Shown here piece after piece: positions 1-9,448 of a DNA stretch of 62,318 nucleotides. Positions within the stretch are counted from its first letter, which is position 1; every line of letters starts with the position of its first letter. Origin of the DNA: an uncultured Holophagales bacterium. Lineage in GTDB: Bacteria; Acidobacteriota; Thermoanaerobaculia; UBA5066. The notes beneath the pieces are model-generated. The model worked only from the letters and a program-made list of their open reading frames with translations. It was not told where the DNA came from and did no database searches. The stretch is taken from positions 1 through 62,318 of the forward strand of contig CAYLNK010000004.1 of assembly GCA_964384675.1 (NCBI GenBank), given 5' to 3'. The position numbers and the translations under genes were made by a program.

Positions 1-1
1 C

Positions 2-1435
2 GTCGCAGGAGAGCGAGATGCCCGGGAGCGGCGCGAGGCCCAGGATCTGCACGCGCGCGACCGTCGGCGACCCGGGCAACCCGCGCTCGAGACGCTCGCG
101 AAGGTGTGGGAGGAGCACCGGCGCCGCGAGGCCGGTCCCGTGGAGCGCGGCGACGAACGCCGGCTCCCCGGACGGCAGGCGCGGTCCGACCGCGACGATC
201 CAGGCGTGGTGCGGTGTCGAGCCGCCGTCGCGCACGGTGCCGGTCTTCAGCGCGATGCCGCGCTCCAGGAACCAGGCGGCGTCCTTGCTCGTCGCGAGCG
301 TGCCATCGCGCGGCGTCTCTCGCAGCGCGTCGACGACGAACGGCGCTGTGATCGCGAGCCACGTGAAGAGACGGACGGCGGAGACGGGGGAGAGGCGTGT
401 GCCGCCGGTCAGTCCGATCCGCCCGGGCATCGCGGAGGGAACGTCCCGCATTCCGGCGAGACGCAACGTCTCGTCCCAGGCGCGGAACGAGCCGGTGTCC
501 GGCGGGACGAAGTCGAGGAAGAAGCCGTTGCAGGAGCGGGCGAGGGCGCGCTGCCAGGTCCAGATCGCGCCCGGCTCGGGCGGATCGGGGCAATGCCACT
601 CCGGTGCGTCGCGGGAAGAGCGCGGCTCCATGAGCGCGGGGACGAGAGCCACGAGCGACGGCTTCAGGATCGAGCCGGCGGGGACGTCGTCGTCGACGCG
701 ACCCTCGCGGGCGAGCGTCCGCTGCGAGACGCCCTCCACCAGGAGGAAGTCGAAGAGGGCGGGGATCGTGGGGCGCGGGGCGGCGCGGATCCGCTCGAAG
801 AGCTCCGCATGGACGAGTGAGGGCGCGAAGGCGCGGTCCCCGCACGCGCCCAACGTCTTTCGAAACCACGCCTCCCAAGACGCGTCGACGCCCGGCTGCG
901 AGAGGACGCGGGAGAGCGCCGCCTGGACATCGGGCTCGTGGCCGCGGACGGTGCTCTCGCGCGCGGTGAGGAAGTCGCGGGCCTGCGTCGCGAACGGGAA
1001 GCGCTCGTCCGAGAGGGCGCGCCGGGAGGCATCGCCGCTCGCGAAGAGCGCGAACGCCTCCGAGATGATCGGCGCGGAGCGCGCGAGGTCCGGACAGCGC
1101 GCCGCGAGGTAGAGGTGGGCCAGTTCGTGGAGGAGGACTGTCTCGGCGTCGGGACGCGCCAGGAGGCGGGACAGCAGGATCCGGCCCTCGCGCTGCCGCC
1201 CCGCCTCGCCCGGCATCGAGGCGGGGTCGGCGCTCTCGACCGTGACCGCGTCGCGGGGCGAAGGCGCGGGACCGTAGCGCGCCGACCAGTCGCTCCAGGC
1301 TTCCCGCGCCCTCGCCTCCAGCCGGCCTGCGTCCGTCGGCGGGACGTCCCAGCCGAAGCGGAGGCGCGGGGGCTCCTGCGCGGCCGCGGGTGGCGGCGCG
1401 AGCAGGAGCGCGAGGAGCGGGAGAACCTGGCGCAC
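2..1435 (-). CDS. YfaQ/MagE-like secreted protein, 3'-truncated by window edge: signal peptide + gluzincin Zn-metallopeptidase motif + serine transpeptidase/beta-lactamase-like domain
   Basis: Not in ORF track because no stop occurs in the window. Hand translation from GTG at 1435: MRQVLPLLALLLAPPPAAAQ (signal peptide); HELAH at 1115-1129 with Glu at 1058-1060; GSILKP (SxxK) 659-676; SCN 527-535; KTGT 236-247. Lies 6 nt after the A2M stop, the yfaQ/magE position. Confidence 0.8.
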   Translation of the reverse strand, partial: MRQVLPLLALLLAPPPAAAQEPPRLRFGWDVPPTDAGRLEARAREAWSDWSARYGPAPSPRDAVTVESADPASMPGEAGRQREGRILLSRLLARPDAETVLLHELAHLYLAARCPDLARSAPIISEAFALFASGDASRRALSDERFPFATQARDFLTARESTVRGHEPDVQAALSRVLSQPGVDASWEAWFRKTLGACGDRAFAPSLVHAELFERIRAAPRPTIPALFDFLLVEGVSQRTLAREGRVDDDVPAGSILKPSLVALVPALMEPRSSRDAPEWHCPDPPEPGAIWTWQRALARSCNGFFLDFVPPDTGSFRAWDETLRLAGMRDVPSAMPGRIGLTGGTRLSPVSAVRLFTWLAITAPFVVDALRETPRDGTLATSKDAAWFLERGIALKTGTVRDGGSTPHHAWIVAVGPRLPSGEPAFVAALHGTGLAAPVLLPHLRERLERGLPGSPTVARVQILGLAPLPGISLSCD

Positions 1436-1441
1436 GGTCGT

Positions 1442-4400
1442 TCAGCGCTTCGCCGCGTCGATCCCGATCCGCCGGGAGGTGGTCTGTGAATGGAGCCCGT
1501 CGTCGTAGAAGTCCTGGAGCCGTGCGACGCCGCTCGCGAAGTCGCCGGCGTGCTGGGCGCGAAGGACGTAGCCCACCTCCCGGGCGCGGTCCATGAAGCC
1601 GTGGTCGAAGGCGAAGAACCAGCGGACGCGGTCCGCGCCGACGTCCCGTCGCGCGACGCCGGCCGCGCGGAGCGGCAGCTTCCACGGCGAGCCTTCGTAG
1701 ATCTTGTCCTCCTCCACCACCGAGAGTCCCGCGGGCACCTGGTCGGAAAGGACGTAGTACGACGAGCCCCACCAGCTGCGACGCGGCCCGCGCTCGAAGC
1801 GCAGCCTCACGTAGACGAGGTCGCCCACGGCCAGGCGGCCGGTGAGCGGGCTCGTCGCACCGGTCTTCGGGTCGAGCCGGAACCACTCGCGCGTCAGGCC
1901 GAGCGGCCCCTTCACCTCGGACGCGTTCGCGAGCGGCTCCTCCCACGTGACGCGGGCGTGGAGCCGCGAGCCGGCGGGAGCGCCGGAGACGACGAGCGGT
2001 CCGGTCGCACCGTCGGGGACGCGCAGCGTGAGGGAGAGACCGCCCGGCGTGCGGACCGTCGTCACCGCGCTCTCGGCGACGGGGTGCCCGCCGAGCGTGA
2101 GCCGGAGCGCCGCGGGATCCGCCACGTCGGCCTCGGAGGCGAGGACTGACGCCGTGCTCGCGAGGACGAGCGACGTCTCGAACGTGGAGCCGAACGTGGC
2201 GCCGTCGAACGAGGCGAGGAGGCGGCGCGCCAGCGCGCGCGCGTCGGCGGCGGGAAGCTGGCCGTACGCCTGGAGCGCGCGGCCGGCGACCGCGAGCGTC
2301 GACTCGACGCGGCCCGGATATGTGTCCCAGGTGGAGGCGAGCGGCGTCACGCGAGCGGGCTCGATCGCGCCCGCCTTCTTCACCTCCTGCTCCACCGCGG
2401 CGCGTGCGGACGCGAGGAGCGGCCGGGCGAGCGGCTCGAGGCCCTTCAGGCCGGAGTCGTGGAGCGCGAGGAGGAGGAGCGACTGCTCGAGGAGGGTGCC
2501 GCTCGCGGCGACCTTCTCCGCCTGGAACCGCAGGCGCGATTCCAGCGACGTGCCGGCGCCGGACGAGATCCCGAGCGCGACGAAGCGCGCCTCGACGAAG
2601 GAGAGCGTCACGGCGCGGGGGCCGTCGCTCTCGGGGACGCGGGCCGCCAGCCAGCCGAGCGCCTTCTTCGCGTCGATGGCGCGGAGTGGACCAGCTTCGT
2701 CGAGCGAGGAGAGGAGGAGGAGCACGACGGCCGTCATCGAGACGTTGCCGCGCCCGTCGCCGGGCCAGAAGACGAAGGAGCCGTCGGCGTTCTGGAGCGC
2801 CTTCAGGCGCGCCACACCGACCGCGGAGAGCTCGCGCGCGTTGCGCAGCGTCTCGCTGGGGTCCGACGCCGTCGCGCCCGCCAGGAAGCGCTTGCGCACA
2901 CCGGGCACGGGCGATGCCTCTCCCGCCGGCGCGCCGTCGCGTCCGCCGAGCGCGTCGCGCACGACGATCGCCGAGACCGTCTGGCTCGTCACCTGCTCCG
3001 CGCAGCCGTACGGGTACTGGAGGAACCAGTCGAGCGACGGCGCGAGCGCGGCGAGGAGGCTCGTCGCGATGCCGACGCGCACCTCGCGGGCGGTCGCGCC
3101 CGGATGGTCGACCGGGATCGATTCGCCCGGTGCGACGCCGAGCGAGTCGACGTGCGACACGGTGCCGGGGAGCGTGCGGACCGGCTGGTCGAAGGGCACC
3201 GGGTTGGCGCCGTCGATCCGGAGCGTGGCGGCGAGACGCACCTCGCCCTTCGGGTCGACCTTCGACAGGACGTACGTCCCGCGGCCCGACGCCTCGGCGT
3301 TCGGGGCGAGCGTGGACGAGAGGTCGAGCGGCGTCCTCGCGGTCACGCCAGCGGGTGTCGCCACGTTGACGGCGACGGCGTGCGGCTTCGCGGTGCGGTT
3401 CGAGACCAGGACGCGCGCCTGCGTCTCGTCCCCCACGCGGAGGAAGACCGGCGCGGCGAGGGAGAGCGTCACCGGGGAGTTGGTCCCGAACTCGGCGTGC
3501 CCCTCGCCGAAGCGGCCCGACGTGTCGGCCGCGACCGCGGTGACGTGCCACGTCGTCTGGTTCGCGGGGAGGCGGAACGAGACCGTCGCGCGCCCGTCGG
3601 GGCCGGTGGTGACGCGGGCGTTCCAGTACGCGGTGTCCTCCTCCTTCGGGTTCTTCTTCGGCTTCGTCGCCGCCATCCAGTAGTTCGGCGCGAAGCGCGA
3701 CGCGAGGCGCTCGCCGTAGCCGTAGCCCTGGAACTCGCGGCTGTAGAACGTCATCAGGTTGAGCCGCTCGAGCGGGTAGAAGAACTCGAGGAGCGGCGGG
3801 CGGAACTCCGGCGCGAGGTCGAGGACGGCCTTGTCGACGACCGAGAGCGACAGCTCGGCCTCCACCGGCTTGCCGGCGGCGTCGGTGACGCGGAGCGTCA
3901 CGCCTTGCCGCTTGCCGGGCGCCACGAGCGCGGCGTGCGGCGAGACGGCGACCGTCAGGCTCCGGTCGCGGGGCGGGATCCGGAACGTGAGCGTCCGCTC
4001 CACCCAGCCGCGAGCCGGATCGGGGTACGCGACGAGGCACGAGACGGCCGTCCCCCACGCGCCGGAGACCGGCTCGGTGATCCAGGTGGTGAGCCCGTCG
4101 ACGGGCTGCACGCGGTGCGAGTGGATGCGCCGTCCCGCGAACGTCAGGTGGAGACGTCCCTTGTTCGTGCCTCCCTCGCCCCACCCCTCGGGGAGGAGGA
4201 GGAGCGCGCGTGCCGTCTCCTTCGGACCGAGCACCTCGCGCTCCGGGAGGGCGACGAGCTCGGAGACGTCCGCCAGCGGCTCGCCCGCCTTCGCCGAGGC
4301 GACGACGAGCGAAGCCTCCGCGGTGGTGGCGCGCCCGGCGCGGTCCTTCAGCGTGACGACGACGTCCAGCTTCCCCGGCGCGTTCGTCGGCACCGGCAGC

Positions 4401-6259
4401 TCGAACCGCCCGTTCTCTCCGGTCGTGAACGGGACGCGGGTCGTGACCGGCGGTCGCCTGTACGGCGTGAGCGTGAAGGCCGCCTCGCCCGACGTCTTGC
4501 CGTACGGCTTGCCGGACGGCAGCACGGCCCGGATCGAGAGCGTCGTGGGGTGCGAGGGCGACGCGTAGACGCCCGACGCGCGCACGAGGGCCACCGCCTC
4601 GCTCCGCCGGTCGGCGAAGCTGCGGGAGAGGCCGGCGACGTTGCCGTCCGGGTCCTTCGCGAAGAGCTTCAGGAGGAGCTTGTAGTCGAAGTTGGGCGGA
4701 CCGGGGAGTGTCTCGGGAAGCGAGAGCTCGAGCGTGGAATGACCCGCCTCGTCGAACGCCAGGTCCTCCACGCTCGTCACGAGGTACGGCACGATCGCCG
4801 TCTCACCCTTGGCGTCCCAGCCGTACGTCGTCGCGCTGCCGCTTTCGCCGAGGCCGGCGTCCTCCACCCAGGCGGGCGTCTCGGCCCGCACGCGGAAGAG
4901 CTGCGCGCCGTACGTGACGCCCTGGGGGACGCCGCCCGCGTACCGCTCCACGGAGACGGTCGCCTTCAGCGTCTCGCCCGCGCGGAGCGTCTCGGCGTCG
5001 GTCGCGAGCTTCAGGAGGAAGATCGGCTTGACGTACTGCTTCACCCGGATCTCGCCCGAGTGCTTCGCCTCGCCGAGCGTCGCGACGACGCGGTAGACGC
5101 CGTTCAGCTCCTGGTCGCCGAGCGGCAGCTCGCCGCTGAACGTCCCGAAGCGTGAGATCGGGGCCTCCACGTCGGTGACCACGGTGCTGCCGGTGAGGTC
5201 GACCAGCTGGACCGTCGCCTTGGTCGGCGCGGGTGTGCCGCCGAGACCGCCGAGGAGACGGCTGCGTCCTTCGACCGGCTCCCGCAGGATGCCGCGGAAC
5301 TTCACGACGTTCCCCCGCTTGTAGAGCGGCCGGTCGGTGTAGAGGTAGACGTCGGGGAAGAGCGCGGTGGTGGGGAAGAACTCCGTGTCGATGATCGCGA
5401 CGTCCTTTCCGTCGCGCACCACCGCGAGGAGCTCGCTCCCGTTCACGTCGAGCTGGAGGACGCCGTCGGCGTCGGTCTTTCCCTTCGCCACGAACTTCCC
5501 CTGCAGGTTCCGCACGTCGACGGTGGCTCCGGGGAGCGGCCGCCCGTCGCGGCGCGCCACGCGGACGAGCGCCGCGCCGTCTGTCTGCTGGAGCTCGGCC
5601 GTCACGTCGTTCACGACGAGGACGACCTGTCCCTCGAGGTCTCCCTGGAGCACCTGCACGAGGTAGAAGCCGCTGCCGAGCTTCGGCAGCGAGACGGTCC
5701 TCTGCCGGAGGCTCCCGGAGCGCGAGAACCACCAGGCGAAGCCGGGGACGTCGAACGGCGCGGCGGCGTCCTCGGCGTCCGGGAAGAACGCCAGCTCGGT
5801 GACGAGCTCGAATCCGTCGGGCGTGGCGATCAGCTTCTCGGGTCCCTCCGCCAGCTTCGTGCCGCGCGACGAGAAGCTCCCGCCGCCCAGCTCCGGCGCG
5901 AGGCGCTTCCTCATCGGCGCGTCGACGGCGTCCCGCAGCCAGTCGAGAGCGAGCGAGCTGTGGTTGAGCCCCTGGAAGAGGAGTCGCGCGCTGTTCGTCT
6001 CCAGGCGCGGCTGGCGCCACGCGCGGCGGAGGTCGATCTGCTCGGCGACGAAGGAGTCGAGGTCTTTCGGGCGGAGCACGCGGAACGTGAACGGGGCGGA
6101 ATTCGTGTAGTGGACGTCCACCTCCGGCTGCTCGTTCGGACCGAAGTCGCGGCGGACCGTGAGGTACACCTCCTTGGCCTCGAGCGCGGCGGCCGGCGCG
6201 AGGAGGAGGAGCGAGGCGAGGGCGGGGACGAGGAGGCGCGCGGGGCGCGGGCGGGTCAT
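1442..6259 (-). CDS. Bacterial alpha-2-macroglobulin (YfaS/MagD type), ~1605 aa
   Basis: Thioester motif YPYGCAEQ (CAEQ at 2993-3004). MG-domain signatures YLYTDRPLYKRG and TAYWNARVTTGPDGRATVSFRLP. Sec signal MTRPRPARLLVPALASLLLLAPAAA with no lipobox Cys. ATG at 6259 overlaps the upstream stop (ATGA). Confidence 0.95.
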   Translation of the reverse strand: MTRPRPARLLVPALASLLLLAPAAALEAKEVYLTVRRDFGPNEQPEVDVHYTNSAPFTFRVLRPKDLDSFVAEQIDLRRAWRQPRLETNSARLLFQGLNHSSLALDWLRDAVDAPMRKRLAPELGGGSFSSRGTKLAEGPEKLIATPDGFELVTELAFFPDAEDAAAPFDVPGFAWWFSRSGSLRQRTVSLPKLGSGFYLVQVLQGDLEGQVVLVVNDVTAELQQTDGAALVRVARRDGRPLPGATVDVRNLQGKFVAKGKTDADGVLQLDVNGSELLAVVRDGKDVAIIDTEFFPTTALFPDVYLYTDRPLYKRGNVVKFRGILREPVEGRSRLLGGLGGTPAPTKATVQLVDLTGSTVVTDVEAPISRFGTFSGELPLGDQELNGVYRVVATLGEAKHSGEIRVKQYVKPIFLLKLATDAETLRAGETLKATVSVERYAGGVPQGVTYGAQLFRVRAETPAWVEDAGLGESGSATTYGWDAKGETAIVPYLVTSVEDLAFDEAGHSTLELSLPETLPGPPNFDYKLLLKLFAKDPDGNVAGLSRSFADRRSEAVALVRASGVYASPSHPTTLSIRAVLPSGKPYGKTSGEAAFTLTPYRRPPVTTRVPFTTGENGRFELPVPTNAPGKLDVVVTLKDRAGRATTAEASLVVASAKAGEPLADVSELVALPEREVLGPKETARALLLLPEGWGEGGTNKGRLHLTFAGRRIHSHRVQPVDGLTTWITEPVSGAWGTAVSCLVAYPDPARGWVERTLTFRIPPRDRSLTVAVSPHAALVAPGKRQGVTLRVTDAAGKPVEAELSLSVVDKAVLDLAPEFRPPLLEFFYPLERLNLMTFYSREFQGYGYGERLASRFAPNYWMAATKPKKNPKEEDTAYWNARVTTGPDGRATVSFRLPANQTTWHVTAVAADTSGRFGEGHAEFGTNSPVTLSLAAPVFLRVGDETQARVLVSNRTAKPHAVAVNVATPAGVTARTPLDLSSTLAPNAEASGRGTYVLSKVDPKGEVRLAATLRIDGANPVPFDQPVRTLPGTVSHVDSLGVAPGESIPVDHPGATAREVRVGIATSLLAALAPSLDWFLQYPYGCAEQVTSQTVSAIVVRDALGGRDGAPAGEASPVPGVRKRFLAGATASDPSETLRNARELSAVGVARLKALQNADGSFVFWPGDGRGNVSMTAVVLLLLSSLDEAGPLRAIDAKKALGWLAARVPESDGPRAVTLSFVEARFVALGISSGAGTSLESRLRFQAEKVAASGTLLEQSLLLLALHDSGLKGLEPLARPLLASARAAVEQEVKKAGAIEPARVTPLASTWDTYPGRVESTLAVAGRALQAYGQLPAADARALARRLLASFDGATFGSTFETSLVLASTASVLASEADVADPAALRLTLGGHPVAESAVTTVRTPGGLSLTLRVPDGATGPLVVSGAPAGSRLHARVTWEEPLANASEVKGPLGLTREWFRLDPKTGATSPLTGRLAVGDLVYVRLRFERGPRRSWWGSSYYVLSDQVPAGLSVVEEDKIYEGSPWKLPLRAAGVARRDVGADRVRWFFAFDHGFMDRAREVGYVLRAQHAGDFASGVARLQDFYDDGLHSQTTSRRIGIDAAKR

Positions 6260-7704
6260 GACTTCCTCCCGCCGGCCTTCGGGGCCGGCGCGGCCGGGGA
6301 ATGCGTGGCGGCGCGCATCCGCAGGGCATCGCCCTCGACGCGGCCGGAGAAGGCGTAGCGTGGGAGGCGGTCGAGGAGGTCGAGCGCGTCCTTCACCTCG
6401 GGCGGCGGCTCGCCGCTCTTCTTCTGTCGGGCCCAGCCGAGCTCCATTGCCGTCGAGAGGAGGCGACCCACGTTGAGGTAGGCGCTTCCCGCGGCCGGAC
6501 CCTTCCCGAGGCGCGTGACGAGCGTGGGCGGCAGCTGGCGGAGCGACGGCGCGCGGCCCGCGCACGCCTCCTCGATTGCGGCGATCGCGCCGGGGGACGG
6601 ACTCAGCACGAGGAGACCGGGGCACGCGTGCGACACGGTCACGGGCCGCTTCGTGCGCGTGAAGAGCGTCTCGAGCCCGGCGGCGTCGGGGGCGGGACGG
6701 GGCAGGAGGATCGCGGTCAGCGCCTCCTCCTTGTCGGCGACGAAGCGCGTGCCGAGCGACGCGAAGGTGACGGTGACGGTGCCGGACGGCGGCTTCTCAC
6801 GCACCGACTTCAGGTACGTCTCCATCGTGGCGGCGTCGAGAGCCCCCGGGTCGGGCAGGACGAGCGACGTGGTGAAGACGGTCGCGGCGGGAAGCGCGCC
6901 GAGGAGGCCCTCGTCGAGCGTCCCCTCGCGCACGAGGTGGCCTTTCCCGAGCGCCAGCTCGGCCCGCGACGGGACGAAGCGCGACGCGGCGGGATCGAAG
7001 TTGAACTCCGCGCGGAGGTGTCCCTCGAGGCCGACGAGCTTCTCGAGGACCGCCGAGCCGGCGGGGAAGAGCTGGCGGACGTCCACCTCGAGGAGCCCCG
7101 CCGGAGCGTTCGCCGACCGAGCCGCAGGCGAGGCGCATCGGAGAGAAAGGGACGCCGCCACGCGCGGGTCGCGCGCCACGACGAGGCACGGCCCCTGCAC
7201 GACGGCGGCCAGCTTCTGGAGCTTCACCGCGAGCGGCGTGACGGCCACCGTCACGTCGCGCCCGTCGGCGGTGCGGAGCGGTGTCGGCACGTCCGCGCCG
7301 GAGCGGAGACCGGCGAGGAGGAGCTTCACGGTCTCGCGCTGCGCCGGCGCGAGGTCCGGCAGCGTGACGCCGAACGGGCTGACGAGGTGCGGCGCGTCGA
7401 CGTACGCGAGGCGGGCCGGGTGCCCGTCGAGGAGGCGCGACGCGGCGAAGTCGAGGAGGCGGCCCTCCCAGGCGTCGCGTCCCTTCTGTCCGACCGCGAA
7501 GAAGAGCGGTCCGAGACGGACCATGGTGCCGCGATACAGGTTGCTCCCCTGGAAATCGCCCATCCAGGCGTTGCCGTTCACGAGGCGCTTCAGCGAGCCG
7601 GCGTCCGCGACGGTGATCTCGTATTCGGGGACGAGCGCGGCCGCCGCCGGATCGGGCGCGTCGCCGCGCAGCGCGAGGAGGAGGGACAGGGCCGGAGCGA
7701 GCAT
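6256..7704 (-). CDS. Secreted protein, probable distant YfaA/MagB (DUF2138-like) homolog
   Basis: 482-aa ORF with N-terminal hydrophobic signal, translationally coupled to A2M. Segment WEGRLLDFAASRLLDGHPARLA resembles my recollection of DUF2138. Assignment rests mostly on operon position. Confidence 0.5.
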   Translation of the reverse strand: MLAPALSLLLALRGDAPDPAAAALVPEYEITVADAGSLKRLVNGNAWMGDFQGSNLYRGTMVRLGPLFFAVGQKGRDAWEGRLLDFAASRLLDGHPARLAYVDAPHLVSPFGVTLPDLAPAQRETVKLLLAGLRSGADVPTPLRTADGRDVTVAVTPLAVKLQKLAAVVQGPCLVVARDPRVAASLSLRCASPAARSANAPAGLLEVDVRQLFPAGSAVLEKLVGLEGHLRAEFNFDPAASRFVPSRAELALGKGHLVREGTLDEGLLGALPAATVFTTSLVLPDPGALDAATMETYLKSVREKPPSGTVTVTFASLGTRFVADKEEALTAILLPRPAPDAAGLETLFTRTKRPVTVSHACPGLLVLSPSPGAIAAIEEACAGRAPSLRQLPPTLVTRLGKGPAAGSAYLNVGRLLSTAMELGWARQKKSGEPPPEVKDALDLLDRLPRYAFSGRVEGDALRMRAATHSPAAPAPKAGGRKS

Positions 7705-7705
7705 C

Positions 7706-8329
7706 TCAGGGCTCCTTTCGGGCGGCCGGCGCGGCGAAGCCGGCGTTGGGCGCGGCGAAGCCGGTCCAGCGGAAGACGCCGAGGAACGTCGGGTTGGACG
7801 GGACGGGACGCCACTCGGGCGGTCCGGCGAGGAGGTCGTCCACCCACACCTTCCGCACCGCGGCGTCGGGGCCCGCGGCGCCGTTGTGATAGACGGCCAG
7901 CAGGCGGTCGGGAGCGGTTCCGGGAGGACGGAGCAGCACCATGAGGTGGAACGCGTCGGCGGGCGGCTTCGACTCGTCGAAGTAGGCGAGGAGGTCGCCG
8001 GTCTCGACGCGTCCCCGCTCCACGCGCCGCTCGAGCGGCGTGAAGGAGCCGAGCAGCTCCTCGGCCTTCACGAAGGGCGCCGGCGTGCCGTCGCGCCGCG
8101 TCCAGAGCGGCACGCGAGAGCCGGTCGCCTTCCGGAAGAGGTAGCGCACCAGGCCGGCGCAGTCGCGCTGGCCCGGGTCCCACTCCGGCGAGACGCGCTC
8201 GGCCTGCGCCAGCGCCTCGTTCAGGATCCGGAAGCGGACGAGGTCGGGCGAGGGTGCCGCGGTGGTCGTCACTGTCTTCACGGTCGTCGTGGCCGCGAGA
8301 AGCAGCGGGAGGAGCGCAACGGCGCTCAT
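7706..8329 (-). CDS. YfaT/MagC (DUF1175) papain-like / NlpC-P60-like protein
   Basis: QRDCAGLVRY (Cys) ... FHLMV (His) ... YHNG motifs. Signal peptide MSAVALLPLLLAA. ATG at 8329 overlaps the upstream stop. Confidence 0.85.
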   Translation of the reverse strand: MSAVALLPLLLAATTTVKTVTTTAAPSPDLVRFRILNEALAQAERVSPEWDPGQRDCAGLVRYLFRKATGSRVPLWTRRDGTPAPFVKAEELLGSFTPLERRVERGRVETGDLLAYFDESKPPADAFHLMVLLRPPGTAPDRLLAVYHNGAAGPDAAVRKVWVDDLLAGPPEWRPVPSNPTFLGVFRWTGFAAPNAGFAAPAARKEP

Positions 8330-9261
8330 GGCTCCTCCGCCCCGCCCATCCGCGTCGTCGGACGGTCGAGCACCCACGCGGGCCAGATCTTCTCGTCGGC
8401 GGGACGGCGGTCGAGCGACGGGACGTAGACGTGTCCGCGCCCGCCGGCCTCGATCCGGAGGTAGGCGAGCGTGCGCGTCTCGCCCGGCGCGACGAGCGGC
8501 ACCTTCACGCGACGATGGATCTCCGACGCCGTGCCGCCGAATAGCACGACGTCGAGCGTCGCGACGGTGTGCGCCTTGTCGCCGCTCGGCCAGTAGTTCG
8601 TGTCGACGCGGTAGAACCCGAGCGGGGGCGAGGTGTGCGTGTAGAGGTACGGCCCGTAGCCGGGGCTGTCGAAGTCGCCCCCCTGCTCGTTCAGGTAGAA
8701 CGAGCCGCCCGAAGCGGACGACGTGTGCGCCCAGAAGACGTGCTCCGTCTTCTCGCGACCGGCCTCCGCCGGGTCGGGGGCGTCGGCCGGCGGCTCGTAG
8801 ACGTGGAGGTCGGTGTAGACGCCGTCGGTGTCGCTGGTGAGGACGAGGAACACGGGCACCGGCGGGACCTGCGCGAAGAGCGTCCGGACCGAGCGTCCGG
8901 TGCCGCCGCGGTTGCTCCCCTCCACCACGATCGCGTTCTTCCCCGCGGTCACCGGGAACTTCCGCTGGAACGCGCCGCCGGTCGTCTTCAGGAGGTAGCG
9001 CGCCCCGTTGATGCTCACCGTGATCGGGTTCACGGTGGCGTCGTTCACGCGGCCCGCGACCGTGACCATCCGGTCGACCGTCCAGCCGCCGGCCGGCTCG
9101 GTGAGCGTCACCTCCGGGGCGGTGGTGCCGCTCCCGAGCGGCTTGCCGGAGTCGCGGGGAGGAGGCGGATCGGCGGCGACCGGCTGGGCGCCCGCACCTC
9201 CGTTCACGGAGAGGGCGGTGGCGAGGGCCAGGAGCGTCGGGTGGAGTCCGGTGAAGCGCAT
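8326..9261 (-). CDS. YfaP/MagF (DUF2135) family secreted protein with N-terminal Ig-like domain
   Basis: LVLTSDTDGVYTDLHVYEP ... GYGPYLYTH ... YRVDTNYW, typical of DUF2135. Ig-like segment VTVAGRV..VSING..GKNAIVVEG. First gene of the A2M operon. Confidence 0.85.
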   Translation of the reverse strand: MRFTGLHPTLLALATALSVNGGAGAQPVAADPPPPRDSGKPLGSGTTAPEVTLTEPAGGWTVDRMVTVAGRVNDATVNPITVSINGARYLLKTTGGAFQRKFPVTAGKNAIVVEGSNRGGTGRSVRTLFAQVPPVPVFLVLTSDTDGVYTDLHVYEPPADAPDPAEAGREKTEHVFWAHTSSASGGSFYLNEQGGDFDSPGYGPYLYTHTSPPLGFYRVDTNYWPSGDKAHTVATLDVVLFGGTASEIHRRVKVPLVAPGETRTLAYLRIEAGGRGHVYVPSLDRRPADEKIWPAWVLDRPTTRMGGAEEP

Positions 9262-9448
9262 GTCGTCTCCGTCGTCAGCGGGTCTTCAAGGAGCGTGCCG
9301 TTCCCGGCCCTCTTCGGGGGGCCGGACGTCTCCGTCACGGAGGAACCCGCTCCGAAACGGAGAATCGCGCCGCGGCGTCGAGGCGCGGCGTCGCGCGTTC
9401 CGTGAAGTCTGCTCCAGGCGAGGCGCCCGGCGATAATCGGCGCCGCTC

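Noticed and set aside
18-1112. Plus-strand ORFs 18..1112, 104..820 and 938..1489 in the track
   Set aside because: Arg/Ser/Ala-rich shadow frames antisense to the real minus-strand YfaQ-like gene, which carries recognisable motifs.
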